Part shown: positions 56,771-64,000 of the stretch, one piece after another
Layout: the number at the start of each line of letters is the position of its first letter
Position numbering within the stretch: position 1 is the stretch's first letter
DNA from: Candidatus Omnitrophota bacterium
Lineage (GTDB): Bacteria > Omnitrophota > Gorgyraeia > Zapsychrales > JANLHA01
Assembly (NCBI GenBank): GCA_029560465.1
Contig: JAKQKX010000063.1
Span: forward strand, 67,796-131,795
DNA length: 64,000 nucleotides
Reading direction: 5' to 3'
Made by a program: the position numbers and the translations under genes
Notes under the pieces: model-generated
What the model saw: only the letters and a program-made list of their open reading frames with translations
Told to the model about the DNA's origin: nothing
Database searches by the model: none

Positions 56771-58453
56771 ATGGGCCAGGAAGAACATACTTTAGAAAAA
56801 CTCCTGCAGCTGGCTGCGGAGAACAAAGAAACAAGTTTTTTTGAGTTCCTTTGCAGTTATTCCGCGATCCTCTGTTTTTTGTCCGCCATTTTGCTTATCT
56901 TATCTTATCCATGTTTTGATTTTTGGCCGCTTGTCTGGGTGGCCCTGATCCCCATGATGTGGGCTTTTGAAGATAAGCTCCCCGCAGAGGCTTTCCGGCT
57001 GGCTTATTACGCGGGGGTTGTTTTTTTCGCGGGGATGTTTTATTGGTTTATTTCCATGCACGTCACGGCGGGTATCCCGCTGTTCCTGGCGATATTGGCC
57101 GTGGGGGGGATGGTGGGGTATTTATCCCTTTATTTTGGGTTTTTTGGCTACGGCTACGCGCTTGTGCGTAAACGGATCCCGGTTTTCCGGTACATCTTTG
57201 TCCCTTCGCTCTGGGTGGGGCTTGAGTTTATCCGGGACAGGTTGTTCACCGGGTTTGGGTGGGCGAGCCTGGGCCATTCTCAATATAAATTTTTGCCGGT
57301 CATCCAGATCGCGGACATCACCGGCGTCTTCGGCGTGTCGTTTTTTATTGTTTTGATAAACCTTGTTTTGCTGGATACGCTCAAGAATTTTTTCGTTGAA
57401 GACAAGTCTTTTAAACACCGGGTTATGTGGGTCCCGCTTGTGAGTGCCGCGTTGATGTCCGCCCTTGTCCTTGGATACGGGGGCTGGCGTTGCCGCGCCG
57501 GAGCCTATGCCGGCGAGAAAACAGATATCACGGTAGCCGTCGTGCAGGGGAACATCCCTCAGCAGATGAAATGGATCCCGTTGAACTGGCCGGAAATCAT
57601 GGAGAGGTACTTATCTTTGTCCAAATCGGTGCTGAAGGCCAAGCCGGATTTGATCATATGGCCGGAAACATCTTTCCCGGGGTATTTGTGGGAGTCCATT
57701 CATATGTTCACTGATATGCAGGAGGCGGTGCGGTTTTGGATCCGTACGCCGATTTTGTTCGGCGCCGTGCATCAGGAGGGGGAGAGGTATTATAATTCCG
57801 CGTTTTTAATGACCGCGGAAGGGCAGGTGCGCAAGAAACATGATAAGCTGCACCTGGTCCCTTTTGGAGAATATGTCCCTTTCCGGGAACAGCTTCCCGC
57901 AGTGGCGGCGTTGATCCCGATCCTTGACTTTCAATGGGGCCAGGTTCCGACGCTTTTCCCTGTGACGCGCCGGGTCAAGGAGGCGGCCTCTGTTCCTGGG
58001 GCCGGGGGCAGGTCCGGGGAACGGTTTGAAACTGTGCCGGCATATTATTCGGTTCTGATTTGTTTTGAAGATACCGTGACATCGGTGGCCAGGGCGTTGG
58101 TTTTAAACGGCGCTAACCTTTTGGTGAACATCACTAATGACGCCTGGTTTCTGGCTGAAAAAGCTCCCTGGCTGCACCTTCAGGCCTCCGTCTTTCAGGC
58201 GGTCGCGCACCGCCGCTTTCTTGTCCGCGCGGCGAACACCGGCGTCACGTGTTTTATCTCGTCCACGGGAGAGGTGATCAAGTATGTTCAGGATCACAAG
58301 CACAAAAAAGTTTTTGTGGAAGGCGTTGCGACGGCCGGGGTACGCCTTCTTAACCACAGATCTTTCTATACCGTCCATGGAGATGTGTTCGCTTATCTTT
58401 GCCTGGTTTTAACAGCTTGGGGAATAATAATATTAAAAAGGAGTGTACGGTAA
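56771..58453 (+). CDS. lnt: apolipoprotein N-acyltransferase
   Basis: The internal ATG at 56771 avoids overlap with secA. Membrane helices are followed by a CN-hydrolase domain (VVQGNIPQQMKW ... FEDT...). Confidence 0.8.
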   Translation: MGQEEHTLEKLLQLAAENKETSFFEFLCSYSAILCFLSAILLILSYPCFDFWPLVWVALIPMMWAFEDKLPAEAFRLAYYAGVVFFAGMFYWFISMHVTAGIPLFLAILAVGGMVGYLSLYFGFFGYGYALVRKRIPVFRYIFVPSLWVGLEFIRDRLFTGFGWASLGHSQYKFLPVIQIADITGVFGVSFFIVLINLVLLDTLKNFFVEDKSFKHRVMWVPLVSAALMSALVLGYGGWRCRAGAYAGEKTDITVAVVQGNIPQQMKWIPLNWPEIMERYLSLSKSVLKAKPDLIIWPETSFPGYLWESIHMFTDMQEAVRFWIRTPILFGAVHQEGERYYNSAFLMTAEGQVRKKHDKLHLVPFGEYVPFREQLPAVAALIPILDFQWGQVPTLFPVTRRVKEAASVPGAGGRSGERFETVPAYYSVLICFEDTVTSVARALVLNGANLLVNITNDAWFLAEKAPWLHLQASVFQAVAHRRFLVRAANTGVTCFISSTGEVIKYVQDHKHKKVFVEGVATAGVRLLNHRSFYTVHGDVFAYLCLVLTAWGIIILKRSVR

Positions 58454-58540
58454 TAGTTGTTCTTGTATAATAAAAAACAATAAGTTAAAGCCCGCTTAGA
58501 AAATCGGAATAATTTTATTTCATTTAAAAATCCTGCCGCG

Positions 58541-58927
58541 ATGAAACAGGGGCCAAAATTTTATTTCAGCATGGCTTGGGCCGAAATCATGGTGGCCGCG
58601 GCGGTCCTGGTTTCCGCCTTGCCGGTTTTGGGGGGCAAGAGGATCGCGCCGGCGGGCGCGTTGTCTGTCGATGAATGGTTCCTGTTGTCCTGCGCGATTT
58701 CGTCGGGGTTCCTTTTCTTCGTGGCTGTCCTCACTCTGGCAGGCAACACGATGTGGAAACTTTTGCATTTTGTTGTGGCGGGAATCACAGCGGTTATGAG
58801 CGTGGCGTTTTTGATGATGGTGTTTCGGACCCGGAGCCCGTTCCAGGGAGCCTATCTTGTTCCTCTGGCGGTCGCGGCGCTGATTGCCGGGAATTTGCTT
58901 AAGATGAAGAAGTGTGATTGTCCTTAG
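58541..58927 (+). CDS. hypothetical 4-TM membrane protein
   Basis: The product is hydrophobic throughout and I see no motif in it. Confidence 0.4.
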   Translation: MKQGPKFYFSMAWAEIMVAAAVLVSALPVLGGKRIAPAGALSVDEWFLLSCAISSGFLFFVAVLTLAGNTMWKLLHFVVAGITAVMSVAFLMMVFRTRSPFQGAYLVPLAVAALIAGNLLKMKKCDCP

Positions 58928-58963
58928 AATTCAGTCAAGGCAATAGAAATCCAGGAGGGGCCC

Positions 58964-59701
58964 ATGACGAGGGATAAAAAATCCGTTGCTGTCATTATTT
59001 GTTTGTGTGTTGTCGTGTATGGGACGGGCCTGTTATCTTTACGGGCCAATCCGGATGTGTTCGGGAACGTCCCATTATCCCTGCACCGCCAGGTGTTGGT
59101 TTTATTGTTTCTCACGCTGTCGCTGTCTTCGCTGGTGATGCTGCTGTTTAAAGAATGGGGGAGGAAAATATTCCTGGGGGCTAACGCGCTTCTGTGCCTT
59201 TATCTGTCCTGGATCGGGATGAGGTTTGCTGCGCAGGATGTTTTGCCGTTTATTTTGCTTAATATCGTTGTGCTTTTGTTTTTCAGCCAGGGGAAGATTA
59301 AGCTGGCGTTCGCGCGGAAATGGGAATACGCCCGCAAGAGCGTTTTAATCGTCGATGACGATGAGGGTATCATTAAAACGGTTAAGGGGATCCTTCTTCC
59401 CAACGGATTCAGCGTCCTGACGGCGGTGTCCGGAGAGAAAGGGATACAGGTCGCTAAAAGGCAGAAACCGGATTTAATTATCCTGGATGTTATTCTGCCT
59501 GGCATTAAGGGCCGGGAGGTCTGCGCCACACTGAAACAGGCCGAAGAAACCAAGAACATCCCGGTGCTTTTTTTAACGGCCAAAGATTCTATGGATGATA
59601 TTCACGCGGAATTGGCTGCCGGAGCGACCTCTCATTTGACAAAACCTGTCCACGCCAAGACCCTTCTGGCGGAAGTGCGGCGTATTTTTGAACAGCATTA
59701 A
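58964..59701 (+). CDS. membrane-anchored stand-alone receiver (3-4 TM helices plus a C-terminal REC domain)
   Basis: The N-terminus is hydrophobic. The REC domain reads VLIVDDDEGIIKTVKGIL...DLIILDVILPGIKG...LFLTAK and has no output domain. Confidence 0.65.
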   Translation: MTRDKKSVAVIICLCVVVYGTGLLSLRANPDVFGNVPLSLHRQVLVLLFLTLSLSSLVMLLFKEWGRKIFLGANALLCLYLSWIGMRFAAQDVLPFILLNIVVLLFFSQGKIKLAFARKWEYARKSVLIVDDDEGIIKTVKGILLPNGFSVLTAVSGEKGIQVAKRQKPDLIILDVILPGIKGREVCATLKQAEETKNIPVLFLTAKDSMDDIHAELAAGATSHLTKPVHAKTLLAEVRRIFEQH

Positions 59702-59839
59702 TTTGATCACGGACATATCAGGGGGAGGGCGCCCAGGTTGCCCGCGGGAGCGCAGTGTCCTGCCGGGATGCGGGATTTTGTGGGCAAGAGCCTATAACCG
59801 ATAGGCGGTTAACGAGGCGACCCGTTTGAAGGAGGTCTT

Positions 59840-60322
59840 ATGGACATTATCAGCGTGCCAGTCCGGAAACCGGATGATGTGAATGTGGTCTTGGGGCAGA
59901 CTCATTTTATCAAGACCGTGGAAGATTTGTATGAGGCCATTGTGTCTTCCGCTCCCGGGTTGAAGTTTGGTGTCGCATTTTGCGAGGCGTCGGGCGCGTG
60001 CAAAGTGAGGGTGGAAGGCAATGATGAGGGGATGAAGGCCTTGGCCGCGGAGAACGCGCTCGGGATCGGGGCGGGGCACACGTTTATCATCTGCATGCAG
60101 AACGGGTTCCCGATCAATATTTTAAACGCCGTTAAAAGTGTTTGCGAGGTTTGTTCTGTCTTTGCCGCCACCGCGAATCCTCTGGAAGTGATTGTGGCGG
60201 ATAACGGGACCGGCCGGGGGGTCCTGGGCGTGATCGACGGGATGAAATCGGCCGGAGTCGAGGATGAGCAGGATATCGCCTGGAGGAAGGATTTTCTAAG
60301 AAAAATCGGGTATAAACGATAA
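59840..60322 (+). CDS. adenosine-specific-kinase-like (PF04008-type) small protein
   Basis: A 160-aa product. KFGVAFCEASGACKVRVEGND...HTFIICMQNGFPINILNAV...VFAATANPLEVIV resembles that family, but this rests on memory-level recognition only. Confidence 0.35.
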   Translation: MDIISVPVRKPDDVNVVLGQTHFIKTVEDLYEAIVSSAPGLKFGVAFCEASGACKVRVEGNDEGMKALAAENALGIGAGHTFIICMQNGFPINILNAVKSVCEVCSVFAATANPLEVIVADNGTGRGVLGVIDGMKSAGVEDEQDIAWRKDFLRKIGYKR

Positions 60323-61309
60323 ATGGATTTTCGCACATTACAAAAAAAGACATCCAGGGCGGCGGCCCGTTATGGCATGCTGTTTGCCTGTTTTCTGGTT
60401 GAGCACCTGCCCTTCCTCCTTGTGAAAGGGCTGCTGACCGTTATGCTGTCCGCCGCGTTCCGGTTGACGTTCCGCCTCAAGCGGATCGCCCGGGAGAGCC
60501 TGAAGATCGCGTTTGGCCAGGAGAAATCGGAAGAGCAGATCGAGCAAATTATCCATGACTGTTTCAAGACGATCCGTAAAGGGAGTATCGAGCTGTTGTA
60601 TTTCTCCCGTTACCCAGAAAGAGTGGGCACGCTGTTTACCATGGAAGGGAAAGAGCACCTGGATGCGGCGCTCAAAAAAGGGAAAGGCGCGATCATGGTC
60701 ACCGCCCATTTCGGGAATTTTCCTCTTATGATGCTGCAGATGGCGCAGAGCGGGTATGCCGTGAACGTGATCATGCGCCGCGCCAGGGATAAAAAGCTCG
60801 CGGATGTGATTTTAAAGATGATGAACCGGGAAAAGGTGCATACGATTTACACCCAGCCTCGCCGGGAATGTGTCCTGGAGTCTTTGAGGGTTTTGCGGAA
60901 TAATGAACTGTTGTTTATTTTGATGGACCAGCATTTCGGCAGCGAAGGTGGTGTTTTGGTGGACTTTTTCGGGCAGCAGGCAGCAACCGCTACGGGGCCC
61001 ATTGTGATCGCCAACCGCACCGGAGCCCCGGTCCTGCCGATTTTTAACGTCCGGCAGGAAGGCCACCAGCAGAAGATCTTTATCGAACCGGAGATGCCTT
61101 TGCAAGAATGCGAATCCGCCGAGGAGGCGGTCCGGGTGAATGTCATGGCCCTGACGAAAATTATTGAGCAGTATATCCGCCGGTACCCCCATGAATGGGG
61201 CTGGATGCATAAGCGCTGGAAAAAAATCCAGGATGACCCGGCCGGCGTGTCTGACCTGTTTGCCGAGAGAGAAGCGTTTTCCCGGGTGTCCTGCGGGAAA
61301 AGCGCTTAA
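60323..61309 (+). CDS. lipid A biosynthesis (Kdo)2-lipid IVA acyltransferase family (LpxL/HtrB-like LPLAT)
   Basis: An N-terminal TM anchor, the acyltransferase H-box region (AIMVTAHFGNFPLM), a 328-aa length and a C-terminal HEWGWMHKRWK are typical of this family. Confidence 0.65.
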   Translation: MDFRTLQKKTSRAAARYGMLFACFLVEHLPFLLVKGLLTVMLSAAFRLTFRLKRIARESLKIAFGQEKSEEQIEQIIHDCFKTIRKGSIELLYFSRYPERVGTLFTMEGKEHLDAALKKGKGAIMVTAHFGNFPLMMLQMAQSGYAVNVIMRRARDKKLADVILKMMNREKVHTIYTQPRRECVLESLRVLRNNELLFILMDQHFGSEGGVLVDFFGQQAATATGPIVIANRTGAPVLPIFNVRQEGHQQKIFIEPEMPLQECESAEEAVRVNVMALTKIIEQYIRRYPHEWGWMHKRWKKIQDDPAGVSDLFAEREAFSRVSCGKSA

Positions 61310-61318
61310 GGAGGAAGG

Positions 61319-61504
61319 ATGTCTTTGGATAAAAAAATCAAGTCTAACAAGGCGGCGTTACTCGTGACGGGGTTTGCGGTCTTGATCGCGGGCATCATTA
61401 TGATTCTTGTCTGGTGGCAGGATGTGGTGAGCCTTTTTAAAGGGGCCGTCGGGATGGGGGTCGCCTTGGGGGGCCTGCTTCTTTTGTATATGGTGAAGGA
61501 ATAG
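61319..61504 (+). CDS. small (61 aa) two-TM membrane protein
   Basis: Tightly spaced between the lpxL-like gene and the HAD gene. Confidence 0.4.
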   Translation: MSLDKKIKSNKAALLVTGFAVLIAGIIMILVWWQDVVSLFKGAVGMGVALGGLLLLYMVKE

Positions 61505-61560
61505 GGAACCACGCGTTTTGCCGCCGGCGCCAGGAAAGTCTTTTGAGGAGAAACAAAATC

Positions 61561-62220
61561 ATGATGACGATTAAATTGGTAATTTTTGATTTGGATGGGA
61601 CGCTGATCGACGCTTATAAACCCGTGGAACGCAGCATTAATTATACGATGAAGCAGTTTGGGTTCCCTCCGGTCAGCGCCGAGACGATCAAAAGGACCGT
61701 GGGCTGGGGGGACAGGCACCTTTTGCAAAATTTTATCGGAGAGAAGGACCTGGACACCGTTCTGGCGGTATACCGCAAACATCACCAAACGTCTTTAAAA
61801 AAGGGGTCTAAAACGATTCCGGGTGCCAAACGCGTTTTGAATTATCTCAAGCAACGGGGATATAAAATCGCGGTGGCGAGCAACAGGCCGACGGCCTTTT
61901 CCGATATCGTTATCCGGCACCTGGAATTGAAAGAGTATTTTGACTATGTCCTGTGCGGGGACCGGGTCCATCGGCCTAAGCCGTACCCGGACATATTAAA
62001 AACGATCATGCTGAAATTTGATATTTGTCCGGCAGAGTGCCTTTATGTGGGGGATATGACGATTGATATCCAGACGGGGCAAAGAGCCGGCGTGAAGACC
62101 GTTGCCGTGATCACCGGATCTTCGACCAAAGAGGAGCTGCAGGAATTAAAGCCGTATGCTCTGATCAAGGATATCCGGGAACTCATAGAGATATTGGAAG
62201 ATATTCACGGGACGGGTTGA
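61561..62220 (+). CDS. HAD-superfamily phosphatase (phosphoglycolate-phosphatase-like)
   Basis: The ATG at 61561 has a GAGGAG RBS. Motif I (IFDLDGTLID) is present, with motifs II-IV (VASNRP, K..., GDMTIDIQTG). Confidence 0.75.
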   Translation: MMTIKLVIFDLDGTLIDAYKPVERSINYTMKQFGFPPVSAETIKRTVGWGDRHLLQNFIGEKDLDTVLAVYRKHHQTSLKKGSKTIPGAKRVLNYLKQRGYKIAVASNRPTAFSDIVIRHLELKEYFDYVLCGDRVHRPKPYPDILKTIMLKFDICPAECLYVGDMTIDIQTGQRAGVKTVAVITGSSTKEELQELKPYALIKDIRELIEILEDIHGTG

Positions 62221-62345
62221 TGGGTGTGGGGGCAGGAGTTTTTTGTTGCTTTTTTTTGTATTCCTGCTATAAATGTAACTTTAAATAACTATTTAAGTTA
62301 AGAGTAAATCCTGCGCGCGGTATGACAGAGGAGGTGTTTTGAACG

Positions 62346-62426
62346 ATGAGCAAGAAAAAACGAAGAGGCAAGCTGAATTGGCGCTCTAAAAAAGCGAATC
62401 ACGGTACCAAACCCAATAAAGGATAG
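62346..62426 (+). CDS. 26-codon highly basic ORF, possible ribosomal protein bTHX-like
   Basis: MSKKKRRGKLNWRSKKANHGTKPNKG. A GAGGAGGTG RBS lies 9 nt upstream. It resembles Thermus Thx (GKGDRRTRRGKIWRGTYGK). Confidence 0.3.
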   Translation: MSKKKRRGKLNWRSKKANHGTKPNKG

Positions 62427-62550
62427 TTGGCAGCCATTTTGACGGGATATCTGACTCTTCTTGAAGACTCTTTATTAAAATAATAAGGATGTCATTTTTA
62501 AAATAGATTTAAGCTTTTAGGAAACCGGTCAATTTTTATCAGGAAGGAAT

Positions 62551-62958
62551 GTGGTCATGTCTTTTAGTCTGGGCGTCAAAAAGACTGTTTCCGGAATTCT
62601 TCTGTGTTTCTTGAGTGTTTCGTTATACGGCTGTATTTATCTGGTCGTGGGGGGCGTTGGAGCCCTTGGCGGGTACGTTGTGAGCCCTGATACCGTGGAA
62701 GGCGTGATGAGCGGGGATTTCACGGAAGTCTGGGACCGGACGCTGGAGGTGGTTTCTGTTATGGGCATCATTCAGGAACAGAATGAACCCGGCGGGATTA
62801 TTATTGTGAATATTCAGGGGACCCGGGTTACCATCACTCTTTACAGCGTTTCGAATTCCCTGGTCAAGATGTCGGTCAAGGCCCGCAAAGCCTTTTTGCC
62901 GCGTGTCCGTGTTGCGCAAGATGTTTATGTGAAGATAGAGAAGTCCCTTTACGAATAA
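62551..62958 (+). CDS. DUF3568-like small lipoprotein
   Basis: The lipobox reads SLYGC and the body is beta-rich; the product is 135 aa. Confidence 0.5.
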   Translation: MVMSFSLGVKKTVSGILLCFLSVSLYGCIYLVVGGVGALGGYVVSPDTVEGVMSGDFTEVWDRTLEVVSVMGIIQEQNEPGGIIIVNIQGTRVTITLYSVSNSLVKMSVKARKAFLPRVRVAQDVYVKIEKSLYE

Positions 62959-62981
62959 TTACCGTTCCTTGATAAGAATTG

Positions 62982-63010
62982 TTGACAATTAGGTCACTCT
63001 TATTTAAAAT
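62982..63010 (+). promoter_or_regulatory. sigma70-like promoter (TTGACA-17-TAAAAT) for tRNA-Phe
   Basis: -35 is at 62982..62987 and -10 at 63005..63010, which is 14 nt upstream of the mature tRNA 5' end. Confidence 0.5.
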
Positions 63011-63024
63011 GTTGAAACTTGTGT

Positions 63025-63100
63025 GCCGAGATAGCTCAGTTGGTAGAGCGAAGGCCTGAAAAGCCTTGCGTCCCCAGTTCAATTCTGGGTCTCGGCACCA
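63025..63100 (+). tRNA. tRNA-Phe (anticodon GAA), CCA encoded
   Basis: It folds by hand into a cloverleaf with acceptor arms GCCGAGA/TCTCGGC, D-arm GCTCAGTTGGTAGAGC, anticodon stem AAGGC/GCCTT with loop CTGAAAA, and T-arm CCCAGTTCAATTCTGGG. It ends in ACCA. Confidence 0.9.
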
Positions 63101-63113
63101 TCTTTTTTATGAG

Positions 63114-63162
63114 CCGTCTTGTTATGCGGGAGGATTGAGCGCTTTGACAAGACGGTTTTTTT
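63114..63162 (+). terminator. rho-independent terminator after tRNA-Phe
   Basis: A 9-bp stem (CCGTCTTGT ... ACAAGACGG) is followed by seven T residues. Confidence 0.6.
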
Positions 63163-63315
63163 ATCCCACCCGGACCTCGGCCCTTGGGGGTGGCATGGCG
63201 GAGATTTATTCCTTAATGATTGTTTCCTGCCAGCTCATCCATTACAATACAGGCAGGCGTTAGAAGTGGTCCCCTGCGCCCGTTGGCGTTTTTTTCTAAC
63301 CGAGGAAGCTTTCTA

Positions 63316-64000
63316 ATGCAGAACCAAGAAAGAAAGTCTTTGTTTGTTGACCGGGCCCGCGTGGTCGCCTTCGCCCTCATCGTCCTTTGGGGCGGGGCGG
63401 TTTATTCCAATTCGCTTCACAACAGTTTCCACCTAGATGACGATATTTTTATTGTCCATAATCCTGCTGTCCGTTCTTTGTGGAACTGGCCGGCGCTTTG
63501 GTCGAGTTTTAACACCCGTTTTATGACGGGATTAAGCTTCGCTTTCAATTACCGGGTGGGCGGGTATAAGGTCGTTGGGTACCATGTCGTTAGCCTTCTG
63601 CTCCATTTTATGAACGCGTTTTTGGTTTTCGTGTTCGTGCGCAAGCTGTTACAGACGCCTTTCTTTGAAGGCCGGGAATCGGCCGGCGCCAGCCCGCCGG
63701 CGGCTGTCACCGCCGTGTTGACCGCCTTGGTTTTTTTGATTCATCCCCTGCAAACCCAGGCGGTTAATTATATTTCGCAACGGGCGACGCTTTTGGCCGC
63801 GTTTTTTTACTTGCTTTCTCTCGCGTTTTATCTGAAATGGGCCGGGGCCGCTCACCGGGATTATTATTTCGCTTCCTTGACCGCGGCGGTTCTCGCGATG
63901 TTTTCCAAAGAACTTGCGTTTACCCTGCCATTGATGCTTTTTATTATCAACATGTTTTTTCTCCGCCGGCCGTATGAAAGCCTCCTGGGGGTTTTGAGGC
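63316..64000 (+). CDS. TMTC/PMT_2-like membrane protein (N-terminal part; continues past the window end)
   Basis: The ATG at 63316 has a GAGGAAG RBS. TM helices contain an NSFHLDDD motif of the NxFxxDD type. This is a paralog of the 31992..33968 protein. Confidence 0.55.
   Translation, partial: MQNQERKSLFVDRARVVAFALIVLWGGAVYSNSLHNSFHLDDDIFIVHNPAVRSLWNWPALWSSFNTRFMTGLSFAFNYRVGGYKVVGYHVVSLLLHFMNAFLVFVFVRKLLQTPFFEGRESAGASPPAAVTAVLTALVFLIHPLQTQAVNYISQRATLLAAFFYLLSLAFYLKWAGAAHRDYYFASLTAAVLAMFSKELAFTLPLMLFIINMFFLRRPYESLLGVLR

Noticed and set aside
1-64000. Mobile elements, CRISPR arrays and integrases, in particular next to tRNA-Phe.
   Set aside because: I found no direct-repeat/spacer arrays, transposase or integrase motifs, or inverted terminal repeats. 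tRNA-Phe is followed by a terminator and a TMTC-like gene, not an island.

Overview
The window is about 52% GC with roughly 60 genes, most on the + strand. It has no transposase, integrase, CRISPR array or phage genes. The host looks like a diderm, likely anaerobic bacterium. Diderm evidence: BamD, LptE-like, LpxL-like and Lnt. Anaerobe evidence: ThiH-type thiazole synthesis and a membrane H+-pyrophosphatase. Housekeeping genes are interleaved with a glycan-related accessory gene set. The housekeeping genes are leuS, secA, prfB (no frameshift), mnmG, murJ, rpsT, lnt, a short uvrC, ogt, thiS-thiG-thiH-thiF, comEA/comEC, pilT, holA-like and tRNA-Phe. The accessory set has two parts. The first is a GH94 disaccharide phosphorylase, a sugar ABC importer with a binding protein and two permeases but no ATPase gene, and a LacI regulator. 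The second is three paralogous secreted clan GH-A enzymes whose catalytic-motif series matches the fungal GH72 (Gas/Gel/Phr beta-1,3-glucanosyltransferase) pattern. Each sits next to, or is fused with, copies of an unannotated ~125-aa Trp-rich helical module ending in DEYxxGQCWDPxGWFWKPAE; there are five copies in the window. I rate this GH72-like plus Trp-module system as the most likely new biology here. Other notable items are a YfiR-like (DUF4154-type) periplasmic protein translationally coupled to a chemoreceptor, a membrane-anchored orphan receiver, two TMTC-like TPR membrane proteins, a 26-codon Thx-like basic ORF and an 18-nt direct repeat inside secA. All family assignments come from reading motifs by eye and need HMM or BLAST confirmation.
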